Assembly: GCA_032718475.1 (NCBI GenBank)
Contig: JAUCBJ010008293.1
Coordinates: 2,162 to 66,161, forward strand
From: Nemertoderma westbladi
Lineage: Eukaryota > Animalia > Xenacoelomorpha
Direction: 5' to 3'
DNA: 64,000 nucleotides
This document shows, one piece after another, positions 27,532 through 39,692 of this stretch; within the stretch, counting starts at the first letter, position 1, and each line of letters starts with the position of its first letter. Position numbers and translations under genes: made by a program. The notes below the pieces were generated by a model that ran no database searches, was not told the origin of the DNA, and worked only from the letters and a program-made list of their open reading frames with translations.

Positions 27532-29710
27532 ACAGGTCATGCAGCGAGTGGATTGCTGAAATTACGTGGGCCGATCTTTTCCATATTTATGGCACTTTTT
27601 TCATGATATTTTCTTAGAAACTTATTTTGTGCTACTTTGGTAAGGTGGATATGATAACTAGGATTCATAGCAATGTAATAAAATGTGTTTCTGGAATTTT
27701 TATCTTGTATTTGCCAAGGTAACCGGGTGCAAAGCTCAAAATTTGCGCGCCTGTATTTCAAGGCGGCAATGGATTCTTCCCTTGAGATTTGGTAGGTGAT
27801 TAAAGGAAATAAAAGACTATCAAAATATTTAAGATATTATTTGTTTACATTGCCGTTGCCATGGAAATAAGTATAATGAAAAATTTTAAAAATTGTCTAC
27901 CAATTCTATAAAACACCATTTTTATTCGGATTGTCAGTCTAAATAATAAGTTAAATTGCCAACATTTTATTTTTAAATTCGTCAATTGTGAATCATATTT
28001 CTAAAAGTCAATATTTGCAAATAAACTAAACTGTCCAATCAGAGAGCAATACCTGTTATAGCATGATTGTGACATTCCATAATATTAAATTTCGGTTAGC
28101 AATTATTAGAAATAAAGGACAATCACCAGGCATGTTTGTTGGAATTAATATAAGTTGTAAAATATAGTAGCCCAATTCTACTACTAGGATCGGCATGCTG
28201 CATTGCAGCTGCATTTTTAAGAATGCTGTGCCGGCTTGTCAACAAAATTGCACCGCCACAACTCCCTATCACCCATGACATTTGCTAGATCATCCGCATC
28301 TTTATGGCCAGTGTCCTTTAAGATGCGTCTCAAGAAAGTCATGGGCTGTCCACCATGCTTATTCACTCCATGAGGCTGCCAAAGTACAAGATTATGCACT
28401 GGCTGGTCCTCACGGCGAAAGCAATGTCCTGCAAAGCGGAGGCGATTTTGTTCTAGTGTCAAGCTTGGGGGAACCAATGAGACACCTCCAATGTTATATA
28501 GTGTCTGGTTGGAGATGTGTGCATTGTACTTGACACAATGTACCCGGCGTAGCATTCTTGTGAATGTGCCATCCAGAGATTTGGTGTCCTCAGCAGTTAG
28601 AGCCCAGCATGGACTCCCGTAGAGGAGTACTGGAACTACTGCTGCTCTAAATAATCGGACCTTAAGTTTCCGATTAATTCTAGGTGACTTCCAAATCCTG
28701 GAAAGCCTATTCAAGGCTGCCCATGCCTTTCCCTTACGTATTCGAAGGTCCTCACCTGACTTCCGGATCCATGATCCCAGGTAACAGAAGTCGTCCACAT
28801 GCTCAAGCATACCATCCTTTGAGCTTATGCTCATCCGATCAGAGACTTGCTGAGGACTTTCAAAGTTAACTGTCAGAATTTTGGTCTTTCTGGAGTTAAT
28901 AAAAAGACCAACACTAGAAGCAGCATGTTCTAATGAGCTGAGGAGCCGCTGGGCTCCCTCTAATGATTCTGAGAGTACTCCTAAGTCATCAGCAAAGTCT
29001 AGATCAGTTAGGTACTTGGCAGCATTTCCTCGACTTCTGGAGCCAGTAGGTGGAGTTATCATCACCCCATCATCATTATGATGATCTAAGGACATGCGTA
29101 GAACATAGTCAACCACAATAATGAACAAGAATGGTGCAAGTGTGTCTCCTTGGAGGACGCCCCATAACACTTCAAATGGTTCTGTGTCACCGTCAACAGT
29201 AGACACAAATGTTGTCGAACCGTCGTATACTGATCTGATTGCTGCAATAATTTCATCAGGAATCCCATATAATGAAAGTATGCTGAACATACGTGAGCGA
29301 GAGACTGAATCAAAGGCCCAATTCTAGATGGCGGTCAAAATGGGAAATTATCGTAATTCCCGTCACCATGAAAACGGGATTGAAAAAAAATTAAATTTTA
29401 AAATCTTTTGATAGACTTTTATTCCCTTTACTCATATACCAATTCTCAAGAACAGAATCCATTGTCGTTTTGAATTACAGGCGCTCGAAATTTGAACTTT
29501 ACACCCGGTTTCCTTGGCAACTACATACTGTACAAGCTAAAAATTCCAGACACACATTTTTTTATACATTGCAATGAATCCTAGTCATCATATGCACCTA
29601 ACCAGAGTAGCACATTAGAAGTTTCTAAGGAAATATTATGAAAATAGAGCCATAAATAGGGAAAAGACCCACCCACGCTATTTCAGCAATCCGCTCTCAG
29701 CATGACCTGT
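27532..29710. mobile_element. Long-TIR non-autonomous DNA transposon in the TTLL10 intron
   Basis: Diverged inverted repeats of about 300 bp (27532-27835 vs 29400-29710), termini ACAGGTCATG...CATGACCTGT, flanked by TA. Confidence 0.8.
28181..29315 (-). mobile_element. 5'-truncated RTE-group LINE with an open RT/C-terminal frame
   Basis: ORF 28217-29290 has GVLQGDTLAPFLF, LDFADDL, FCYLGSWI, LLYGS and RLRFAGHC; short 3' UTR and (TAG)n tail; 11-bp TSD GCCCAATTCTA (28170-28180, 29316-29326). Confidence 0.92.
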
Positions 29711-30577
29711 TACAGTATTTAGTACACCGTGGTTTTTAACTATAAATGTGGAAGTGAAACAAATTCTTTAAAATGCAGATACCTGGGGGGGGGGGGGGGG
29801 GGGATATTCATGTCTCCAAGGGAATGTCGATGCAAATAACTGCTGATTACTGTACTTACAAAATTTAACTGTAACCTGTTCTATCGATTGTTTATTGTTT
29901 TGGTTAGAATAACACACAAATCTGCTAACTGTTATTCCTAAAACTACTTTAATGCTTTAGACTTTAAACTTTAATGGACTAAGATTTCTTTTAATGGATT
30001 TATATAATTATTGTCCTTTATATGTCTGGCTATTACAGTATAGTTACGCCAAATAATGTAATATGTAAAATGGAAACAAATGAATAAATGGATTTGTGAA
30101 GTTAAGACATGCATCTCCATTTGATTATTAGGTTTTCTGCTGCCGTATAATTTCATTATGATCGTGATGAGTGCTGGACTTTCGACGCAATAATAATTCT
30201 TTCCTCTCCAAATGCACCTAACCCTCCAGGGCTCCAGGGCTCCAGGGCTCCAGGCATACAACCCGCTGTTGACAGCGACTATCGCCAAAACAAATGAATT
30301 TATCTAATCATTTTTATTGATTTCTGTCAGCCAGACTATTAATATCGATATTTTTTTGTTTCCAAATTCCAAAATTTTTTTAACACTCAAGGCATTCTAT
30401 ATTTATTATGAATGCTGTATTTATTAAATTCTTTGAGAGGGTGAATTATCTTATCGTGGATATAATGTGTCTGATGCGAGACAAGGGGGGGGGGGGGGGG
30501 GGGGTCTTAACGCAAATACCATTCCGGCGAAAAAATATGTCTTCGTAATGCTAAAATATCAAGGGAAAGGTGCAGGT

Positions 30578-31663
30578 GGCGCAGTGGCGGTACGGCTAAT
30601 GTCGCGTTACGGAAAGTCGCGTTACGGAAAGTCGCGTTACGGCTAATTTTCAGAGTAGCCGTAACGCGACTTTGAAAGTCGCGGTACGGCTACAGTACTC
30701 AAGTCGCGTTACGGCTAATTGTCGCGTTACGGCTAATCTATTGTCTTGGTTTTACAGAGGGAATCATTATCAATATTATTCTATGGTGTTTATACTGTAC
30801 GTACAGATGAGGTTCGAAAAATTTAATAATTTTTTACAGCATGGAAGTATCCAGGGGGTCCTATTAATAATATATAAGTAATTATTAGTAAATATTTTAA
30901 ATAAAAAAATTAATTTATTAATTATTGTATTATTATTGTTGTATTGAGTACCAGAGTACACAGTACCATAGTTATCTTGGTCGAAAGTATATCAGCATAT
31001 TGCCGAAATATTGTACTTTGATCAAATAAAAATTATCTAAAACTAAAGCTCTTGAATTAGCCAGTCATCGCCAATGCAGCTGGACGGGGCCTGTACCTTC
31101 AAGTGGGTGATCCGCGACCAGAAGGACGGCCATTGCCTGCTTGTCAGTCCCCAAACAGAACGCCATATGGTCTAGGTAGCGAGCCAGAGCCAGGCGATCG
31201 TTAACAACATCGATATGAAGCAGAGGAATTTGTTCCATGAAACCATTCATTGCTTCTTTGGCTGCTATTATTGGCTGTAATCCGTATCTGTGCTTGAGGC
31301 TGTGACTAAGAATACCATAGAATACAATATTATATTGAATGTGAGGTTGTCGAAGAACATACAGTATGAAAGAAGGTAAAATCCCCCACCCCCCCCCCCC
31401 CCCCTCCCGGATACTCCCATGCTGAAAAACATTAAAACATTATTACGTTACATTTTTCGAACCTCATCTATACGTAAACAACATACATAGAGGCATGATA
31501 AACACTGCATTATTATATCATTATATTATTGATAATGATTCCCTTTGTAAAACCAAGACAATAGATTAGCCGTAACGCGACCATTAGCCGTAACGCGAAT
31601 TTTAGAGTAGCCGTACCGCGACTTTCAAAGTCGCGTTACGGCTAATCTCTCAGCGACGACACC
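30578..31663. mobile_element. Mutator/Foldback-like MITE in the TTLL10 intron
   Basis: Inverted arms of about 290 bp with GTCGCGTTACGGCTA subrepeats and an 8-bp direct repeat GTGCAGGT (30570-30577, 31664-31671). Confidence 0.7.
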
Positions 31664-31881
31664 GTGCAGGTTACATTTTAGCAGGTTATATTGTATGTTA
31701 TTCTAACCAAAACAATAAAGGGAGAACTTTATTTTTTGATTGTCACAAAGTAGTATTGGTATTATTAATACCTGGCCAAGCTGAATTAGGTCTACTAATA
31801 CTCAAAATACTAAAACACTTAAATTTTGAACGAAATAAGCAATTCGAATAATTACTAATGTATTTAAATAACTAAAATTAC

Positions 31882-32387
31882 CTGTCGTAGGCTCTTAAGG
31901 TTTCTAGAAGTCCAGTTTTGCAGGTAATCTTCCCAATATTAGGGAAGTGATTGACCAGCTGATTGCCCTCTAGGAACCGCGTGAAATCAAGACCCCGGGG
32001 CGACGCGGTCCATTTCAACCGAAACATCCCGCAATCTTTATCCTCGTTGCGTCCCCATCCGTAACGTTCAAGTAACCTAGCAACCAACTTCCCATTATTC
32101 TGGGGTTGAACATAAAAGCAAGGCGGTGATTGGATACTTGCCCTGCGTCCAGCTCTGCTCCTCATACTACTTCTATAAGACGCTACCCAGACTGACCGAC
32201 GTCCTGTCTGCAATTCAGACTCCTCATTAACACCTTTTGGAATAGATAAAACAGTGGCTTTTATTTTGGATCCGATCTCGAAGCTGTTATCCGACTTGCC
32301 ACCATTCTCTATTGTCTTACCGGACACAATTGTATTTTCATTCCCATTATTCTCTTCAATTCCAGTTGTAGTGGTGATATCTTCCAT
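31882..32387 (-). CDS. TTLL10: TTLL10-like tubulin polyglycylase, exon 1 (start inferred at first in-frame ATG)
   Basis: PCFYVQPQNNG..LERYGW...FRLKW...FLEGNQLVNHFPNIGKITCKTGLLETLR matches the N-terminal part of the TTLL10 domain. Donor AG|GTAATT at 31882/31881. An upstream exon cannot be excluded. Confidence 0.82.
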
Positions 32388-34790
32388 ATCTCTGAATATA
32401 TCATTATTTTTACGTCGACACAAATCAGCTGAAAAAACTATCCTGAAATTGCGCAGCTGCTTTATTATAAGTATGCCTAAAATATCTCCATTTAATAATT
32501 TATTTAATAATTAATTAAATATTCACATAAATTGAACCAAATATTTCTTAATTATCTTAAATGCTAGCTAGAGTGTTGGCATGCAAAAATGATCAAAATT
32601 AATTAAGTTAAATTTCGAATATTCATTTGTTCCATTTTTTTAAAATCTACTGTAGTACGCAAAATATTGAATAATACAGAATTTAAATATTGCTATTCTC
32701 TGTTACGAATATCATGCCGTGGTTAAGGTAGTTTAAAGGGGAGGAAAGCACTCGTCTATTTTATTTGCCACTCGCCTCTCTCGTTGACTATACTTTTACA
32801 CAATAAAGTGCTTCTTTATTAAATGTGAGATAAATACAGATAAATATAAATATAAACAGAGATAAATATAATGTTATATTAAATAGCTAATTGCTGTGAA
32901 TATATTTATTACTGTAGTTCAATACTAAACAATTATTTATTAGATTCCTGTAATAACCCAGTCAGTGAAATGTAATATCTGCAGAAATATTCTACAATTT
33001 TAATTCCGATTTGCAAAGATTTCATTTAAATATAGGCCAACAATGAAATGTAGCTGCATACCTGTATATAAAATATTACAGTAAACTTATACCTATGTCA
33101 CGAGCTGAATGTTAAACATACCATAATACTAGAATAGTGCCAGAAAGTGAATAACCTGGAATAATAGGTGAGGTATTAGTTTTATATTAGATCCCCTCCC
33201 TTTACACTTAATAGTTTACACTAAACAGCCTTGTAATAATAATTTAATTGCCTGGTATGTAATAATATTGAAGTTGTACAAAGTTGAAACAATTCCAAGG
33301 GATACAATTTCACAGGGCGGGGTGGGAGGGGGTGGGGGATAACTGTCGCAAATCCCATCTAGCGAATCAATATCGGCCAAATATCAATGTTAATTATTAT
33401 ATCCATTAACGGAAAGGAGCAGGTTTCAGTAGCAGGTCATTCTAACCAAAATAATAAGCGGGAGGCAATGATAATATAGGTTATTTCCTTCTTTGCTGTT
33501 ATTTGCTTTGATTTCCCTACATTAGGGTACCTGCCAAATAAAGGACCCGAATATTACACGACAAGCAATGATAACATCCTACCGGTAATATAATTATAGT
33601 CAAGGTAATATTGGGCTCCAGTGATCCTCAAATTAAATTGAATGTTGATTGGCATTGGGTAGTGTTGCCGCTACAAAGGAACCCAATCCTAATAGAAAGT
33701 TAATAATTAATTGGTTTTTAATCTCTCGACATTCTGATCGACTCAATCTATTGGATTTCATGGCCTCAGCTATTGGTTGCTAGGGGGATATAATCATTAT
33801 CTGAGATTTACGAGCTCACAATCGATAGCCTGGCCTCTGAACCAATCGTAATAATAATATTAGATAGGAGATTATTTTTCCTGATATACGCCAACCTCCG
33901 ACAAACACCCACCCCACCCCCCAACCCCTTCCACTTAGGAAAAATCGCAAAGATACAATTTATTGAAGAGGTAACTTTTAGTAAAATGGCGAATTTGCGA
34001 AATATCAATAGTAGGCCTACAGCGAAAATAACTGAGGGAACGTCGACAATTTATTGATAATAGATAGAAATTGGTGAAATTTTTGGTGAAAACAAACTTT
34101 AGTCCAATGAGAGCATTGAATGACTATCGATTTACTGAACTACATACAGTATGCACTTCTCCATAGTTACCAAAGTTTCCAGAGCAACGGAAGTTTTTCT
34201 AAACATTTTAATCAGTTTTATTATTATTTGGCTGATAGGTATATTTTATTAACACAACTTCACTTCTAAACGGGGGGATTTAAGCCCTTCAGCTGAGTCG
34301 ACCTCAGAAACCCTCAGAAACACAGACCCCTATTACATTATGTGAAAAATCTCCTCTAACATTCACGGAAATAAATAAAAATATACTTTCAGTTTGAATT
34401 GTGTATTATTTTATGCATCAATTATTATTACCTTATTAAACTAAGTATGTGGGGCAATTTTTGATATATTTAAAAATTGTATGGTGCCACTAATTACGGA
34501 CTGCTACAAAATCTATTTTTGTCTCCAATTATGTCAAATTACCCCGGATATCGAATCTCAGTCAGATACGCGGTATTTTAAAATAAGTATTAGTATTTCA
34601 AATTACGACATGTGAGTAGGCCTATATTTAGAAAGACACTCATGAATGTTAATTTATTTTTGTGAAAAAACTAGTTATTATTTACTAAAAATTATTGATT
34701 ATTATTAAGCAGAACAAACAATATCTATTGCAGCATTAAACTGACGGGCCAGTCTTGCTGTGGTTTTAATTTTATTGTTAAATAATTGGT

Positions 34791-34827
34791 GCTCTGAAGA
34801 TGGCCCAAGGGGCAGAAATATATAAGC
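34791..34827 (+). ncRNA. Minimal type I hammerhead motif with a mismatched stem II base
   Basis: GCT-CTGAAGA-T-GGCCC AAG GGGCA-GAAA-TATA-TA-AGC; palindromic stem III ATATAT. Confidence 0.55.
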
Positions 34828-35135
34828 TGGGTTGAATATTTAAGGTTTAATATCGAGGGTAGTCCCCTAGCTCGACGTCCGGTTTCGATTTAATGTATAA
34901 CCCTCTGAAGTCGGATTGCCGCAACGTTAGTATTAATAATAAGACCATAAACTCTCTGTTTTTTACCTTCGGCCAACTACATAGTCCTTCAGTCAAGTGC
35001 AACGCAGCAGCGCGAGGAAGCACACACCACAAAGTCGAACGGTCGGGATCCCGAGGCCAACACATGATGCCGTCACAAACGTTCTAGATTCACTACCAGG
35101 GAAACCCCCACAGTGGAAATATTAACTAGTATATT

Positions 35136-38100
35136 GTGGGGCGAGCCACGAAGTGAGTGAGCCTTAGCGTAGGGGTACCATTAATCAACCTGTCGTTCTG
35201 TCGCGTTTTTTTTTCAGTATTTTATTTTAAACGTTAATAACTCGGCCAATCCTTGATGAAATCTATCCAAACTTGGTACACATGTTGTTTGGCAAAAGTT
35301 TGAAAATTTTCCAAGTAGAATTTGCGTGGGGCCTTCGTGCAGCATCAGTGTAACTGTTATTGTAGTTATAATATATTTATTTATCCAAAATTAACATGCG
35401 TTAAATTATTATTACTGTAGGATAAATCAGCTGGTTTTCTGACAAATTTTGCAAAACATAGGGGCTGTCTGCCAATCTGCATGTACCATTTGTACCGGTA
35501 CTGTCAGGGTGTACTCAATTCCTGAATCGAGAATTCTGCAATCAGTCAATACTGCAATACAGGTCAGCCGGTACCATACACTGCAGACATGCCATATCAT
35601 GTAATCTAATTAAACATTGCTCCGGAAACCCTTGCGGTGATTATAGTTTAGGCCTAATTAGCCTAGTACCGGTAATAATAATATAATAGTTTAGATAGTT
35701 CAGTAGTTACCGCTAATCATTCAGTCATTGGCACGGTACACCGTATTGCTGTACTGCCGATGTAGTGCGCACCGTAGGTACCACCCATGCGTAGGCTGAC
35801 TGTGCTGATTATGGTACTGTCACACTGTGGTACCTAAGCTATATACTGTTAGGTATATTGCTGTATTGGGGTGGGGTTAGGAATAATCCATTTGTTTTAG
35901 CATTGAACTGTTGAATCCCCTTATTTATTATAAAACCATTGGAAATATTTGCAAATGCCGCTCCATTACTGTCTGAAACGCTCCCGACAGTCCGATGTAT
36001 CTGGACCCGAGCAGCCGAGTTGCTTCAAGAGGTGATTAACGGGGGAATACTACGGAATTGCTTGTTTGTCAGTACGATTCTATTTGGGTATTTACTACAC
36101 TCAGACACTGGGAATACGGCGGTCGGTCAGATCGTAATGCGGGCCACTGCCAAGTTCCTCATGCCTCACTCCGGTCACCCACCTTGGAGTGCGGTGGGAA
36201 GAGTCCCACTTACTGACTTACGTCGACGACTGGACGAATCGACGAGGATTGCGATCTGGGTTTAGCGGCGGCCCGGATCCTGGGATCGCCTGGGGGAAAT
36301 GGTTGAACGTTGGGCAGACGTTATCGCACTGGATTACGTTCTCTGTGACGCGAAAGTGTGAAGCGAATTCGTTGTCGAATTGGGTCGGAAGCTGCGGGAA
36401 TTCTACTGTTCTACGGGAGTAAACCGCAGCGGTCCGGTGACTACGGACGGATACTACTGGGATAAGCAGGTATTTCGATCGAGTTTCTCGTATTCTCGAT
36501 GCTCGAGGCGGATAGAGAGTTGGTTGTGTTGGGCGGTGTTGTTCAATTCTATCAAACATATTGAATAATTGGTAAAATAATAAAAACACACCAGATATAG
36601 ATACTGAGCTTATGGTAAAGAGATAGGCCGAACTTACAATTTCCAAATAGATTGTTCATATAATAAATATATTTTTGGTACCTGCTCCTTTCCCAAAATT
36701 GAGAAATTAATATTGAGGCGGGATATTAATTCGCCAAGATGGGATTTGCGTCCAGTCCCACCCCCCTCCTGTCTCTTGATTTCACTAAAAAATAGAATAC
36801 ATTGCATTTTACTGTTATAATTACTGTATTGAATAAAATAATTAATTGATTGTTTATTAAACCGTGCTAAGCACGTTGAACTGGAGCTCTAACAATTCCC
36901 CACTAGCGGCAGACAGGAACTGTAAAAGTCTCTGTAGAATTTATAATTAAGCAATGCTCTTAGGTAACTACTACTAAATTTCAGATGAATCTGATCGTTG
37001 GTTCTATAATTACAGCTATTTTTACGTTTCTGTTAATTCGCCCCCTAGCGGCAGACCGGGGAACTGTAGAAGTCTGTCTGTGTGTAGAATTTCTAAATTT
37101 TTTATAGACTACATGTGTACCAAGTTTGGTTCCATTTCATCCATGATTGACCGACTTATTAGCGTTCAAACATTCCTGCAACAAACACAGCCAGAGGCAG
37201 CCACAAACAAATAAAAGCTGCAGGAACTCTAGCGATAATTAATTAATTAATTATTAAATACTGTTTCAATTAAATTACTTACGAAAATCTAGTTGGACCC
37301 TGCATCGTGGAAAATATAATATTTGATAATTCATCAGTCAGCCTACGCTAATTTCACAGCAAAGTCCTTGTCATGGCCTGTGTGTAGTAGGCCATGGTAC
37401 CACCCTACTACCGGTACCGGCTGACCGCGTGACCGGTGGCAACTAGCACTTGCACAGCAACAGCACTACCGGCGATACACAGGTTGAAATTTATGTAGAG
37501 TTTGCTCAACAGTACAGATATAAAATAGTTATCTAAATTATATATATTACTATTGACAAGTATTGAAATATATACCGTTATTCGTGTTATCAGTATTTGC
37601 AACATCTGACATTGAAGAGGTGAGAGAAGATGAATACCGGCACTCAACAAAACCAACGCTTATCACAGGTCGGTATGGTTACCTCGAAACCGGCGCGACT
37701 GTCCACTCGAATACAACTTCAAAACACAAACGCCAACAATAAACTGAAAGCGAATCGAACGTTTTCAGAAGAATCTGTCATTGGGACGAAGAAAAGGAAG
37801 CCGAAACCACGGGAATGGACCACAGCTAAGATTGAATGCTCCCATTGTCAGAGTTCCTGGACCGAAATTGAAACACCAATTGCCGATGGGCTTGATCTCT
37901 CAAACCAAAACTTCCTCTGCGGGGTTTGCGCGGCAGTAAAGATTGAAAGTCTGGAAGCTGGCATCCCTAGGTATTATTATTATAAAGAGCGTCAGCCTGC
38001 GTTTAATAAATATATTTTAATAAAACAGGTCGAACGCAAAGAGGCTTATAATGAAGACGAGTACTGCATTGATTATATTCCTATAAACCACCTGGCTTTG

Positions 38101-38370
38101 CATATTGATCGTGCGTTTGGAAATAAGTTCGTGCTACCCTTCCGTGGGTGGTAGATGTCGCGGTTATGTATTGGTGGGTGGGAAGGGAGGGGGGGGGGGG
38201 GGGGGTGTGCAGATTAAAAGGGGTGAACACGTACTGTCCCCCTTTCTTTGATTAATTGGTGGTGTGGGTTAATCTCTCATAACCTGATTTTGTGATACAG
38301 TCGCACAATTTTAATTTGTATCTCATAACTGGGCCTCGTGCTGCGCGAAGGCCCCACGAACGTGTAGTAG
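35136..38370 (+). mobile_element. Composite HINE/Helentron-like element containing an inverted copy and cargo
   Basis: Family 5' motif at 35136 and 3' motif CGTGCTGCGCGAAGGCCCCACG at 38337. Reverse-complement 3' motif near 35325 and reverse core near 37120-37170. Two core repeats CC(A/C)CTAGCGGCAGAC near 36899 and 37041. Confidence 0.5.
37630..37965 (+). pseudogene. Truncated LINE ORF1-like fragment with a PHD-like Cys motif
   Basis: IECSHC...W...FLCGVC followed by a coiled-coil-like KIESLE resembles CR1/L2-group ORF1. The frame then runs into unrelated sequence. Confidence 0.45.
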
Positions 38371-38875
38371 CTGTTTCCCTTATTATTAGATGGGTGGACA
38401 TTCAGTCCAACAGATAGACAAACAGTCATACAGACAGTCTAGATTCAGAAAAATATGAAAGGTAATGTGAAATACATTAACTGACGACCTAAATTGTATT
38501 TTCTGCGAAAATTTAATACTTTCTTTTTATTGACCTCGAAAAAGAGTAACAATTAGTAGTGAAATGTTTAAGTGCGTATTTCTTGTTAGTGAGTAATCCC
38601 AAACAAATACCGGTAAACGATATAATTAGAAGGGTAATAACAGGGGATGTAACATTATTGGCTAAGAGTGATTAATAGTGTGACATGATTGATTAATAAA
38701 GCCGTGAAGTGAGGTGTCAACGCATAGTGAGGCCAAATCCAGTCTTAGATATTGCGTATCGACAAACCGAACAATGCAATGGTGTAATAAAGTATTGTAG
38801 GAGTTGCAATACAGTAAGGATAAACTAACCGGTTGTTTGTAACAATGAAAGGGGACTATTATTAGAACCAAGACT

Positions 38876-38916
38876 TCACAACGCGTTTCGAATTTATTAA
38901 ATTCGTCATCAGGTGA
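38876..38916 (-). ncRNA. Minimal type I hammerhead ribozyme in a Penelope pLTR
   Basis: Minus strand reads TCAC-CTGATGA-C-GAATTT AAT AAATTC-GAAA-CGCG-TT-GTGA: complete core, palindromic stem III ACGCGT, GUU triplet. Confidence 0.85.
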
Positions 38917-39651
38917 GAACAGTAAAACACAATTAGCATTATTGTAATACCTACGACAGGATAAACTTTAAAGAGTACAGTACAGAAAACTGCATATTTC
39001 AATTTGAATATCCCTCCCAAATAATCCCAATCCTTCAATCATTGTCTACAACTCTGGTGACCCGTGAGTACCAGAGTTGTAGAGAGACTCCTACAGTAGC
39101 TCCGTTTGCTTATTAAGCAGAGGAGTAGTTGCCTCCCTAATATTCAGGGCGTCAGCTACCTTGGCATGATACCATGAGCTGCATCTGTATTCTACTCTAA
39201 AATCTTACTCGGCTGGGCGTACTTAGCTACATAAAGGTCAATGTTCAGATTTTCCAGCCGGTCGCCTATGTTCACCAATCCGCACATGATAATGGCGCAC
39301 TGTGTGGCCAATGTAATCCTTGTTACAGGATTGACAGTGGTATGAATATACCAAATTTGACCAGAGTGGTTGGGGAACACGGTCCTTATTGGGAAACAAT
39401 TTGCCGACTTTATTCGACCTGAAAGCTAACAAAAAACTTGCTTGCTTGGCGACTACTGTACAGCTGTAAGTCTTTTCTCAAAAACCCCATCATAACGATA
39501 GAAAGGTAATGATAGAACCAAGTTTTTCTTACGTGGTTCATTTATTATTATTATTCATCATTTATGTTGCTTATGCAGTTTTCTGTACTGTACTCTTTAA
39601 AGTTTATCCTGTCGTAGGTACTACAATAATGCTAATTGTGTTTTACTGTTC

Positions 39652-39692
39652 TCACGTGATGACGAATTTAATAATTTCGAAACGCGTTGTGA
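39652..39692 (+). ncRNA. Inverted hammerhead copy with a C3>G core mutation
   Basis: TCAC-GTGATGA-C-GAATTTAATAATTTC-GAAA-CGCG-TT-GTGA. Confidence 0.7.

Larger units (their letters stand above)
38876..39692 (-). mobile_element. 5'-truncated Penelope-like element with inverted pLTRs
   Basis: GIY-YIG remnant KDRVPQPLWSNLVYSYHCQSCNKDYIGHTVRHYHVRIGEH (39238-39432). Near-perfect inverted repeat of about 120 bp (38876-38996 vs 39572-39692), each arm carrying a hammerhead motif. Confidence 0.88.
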
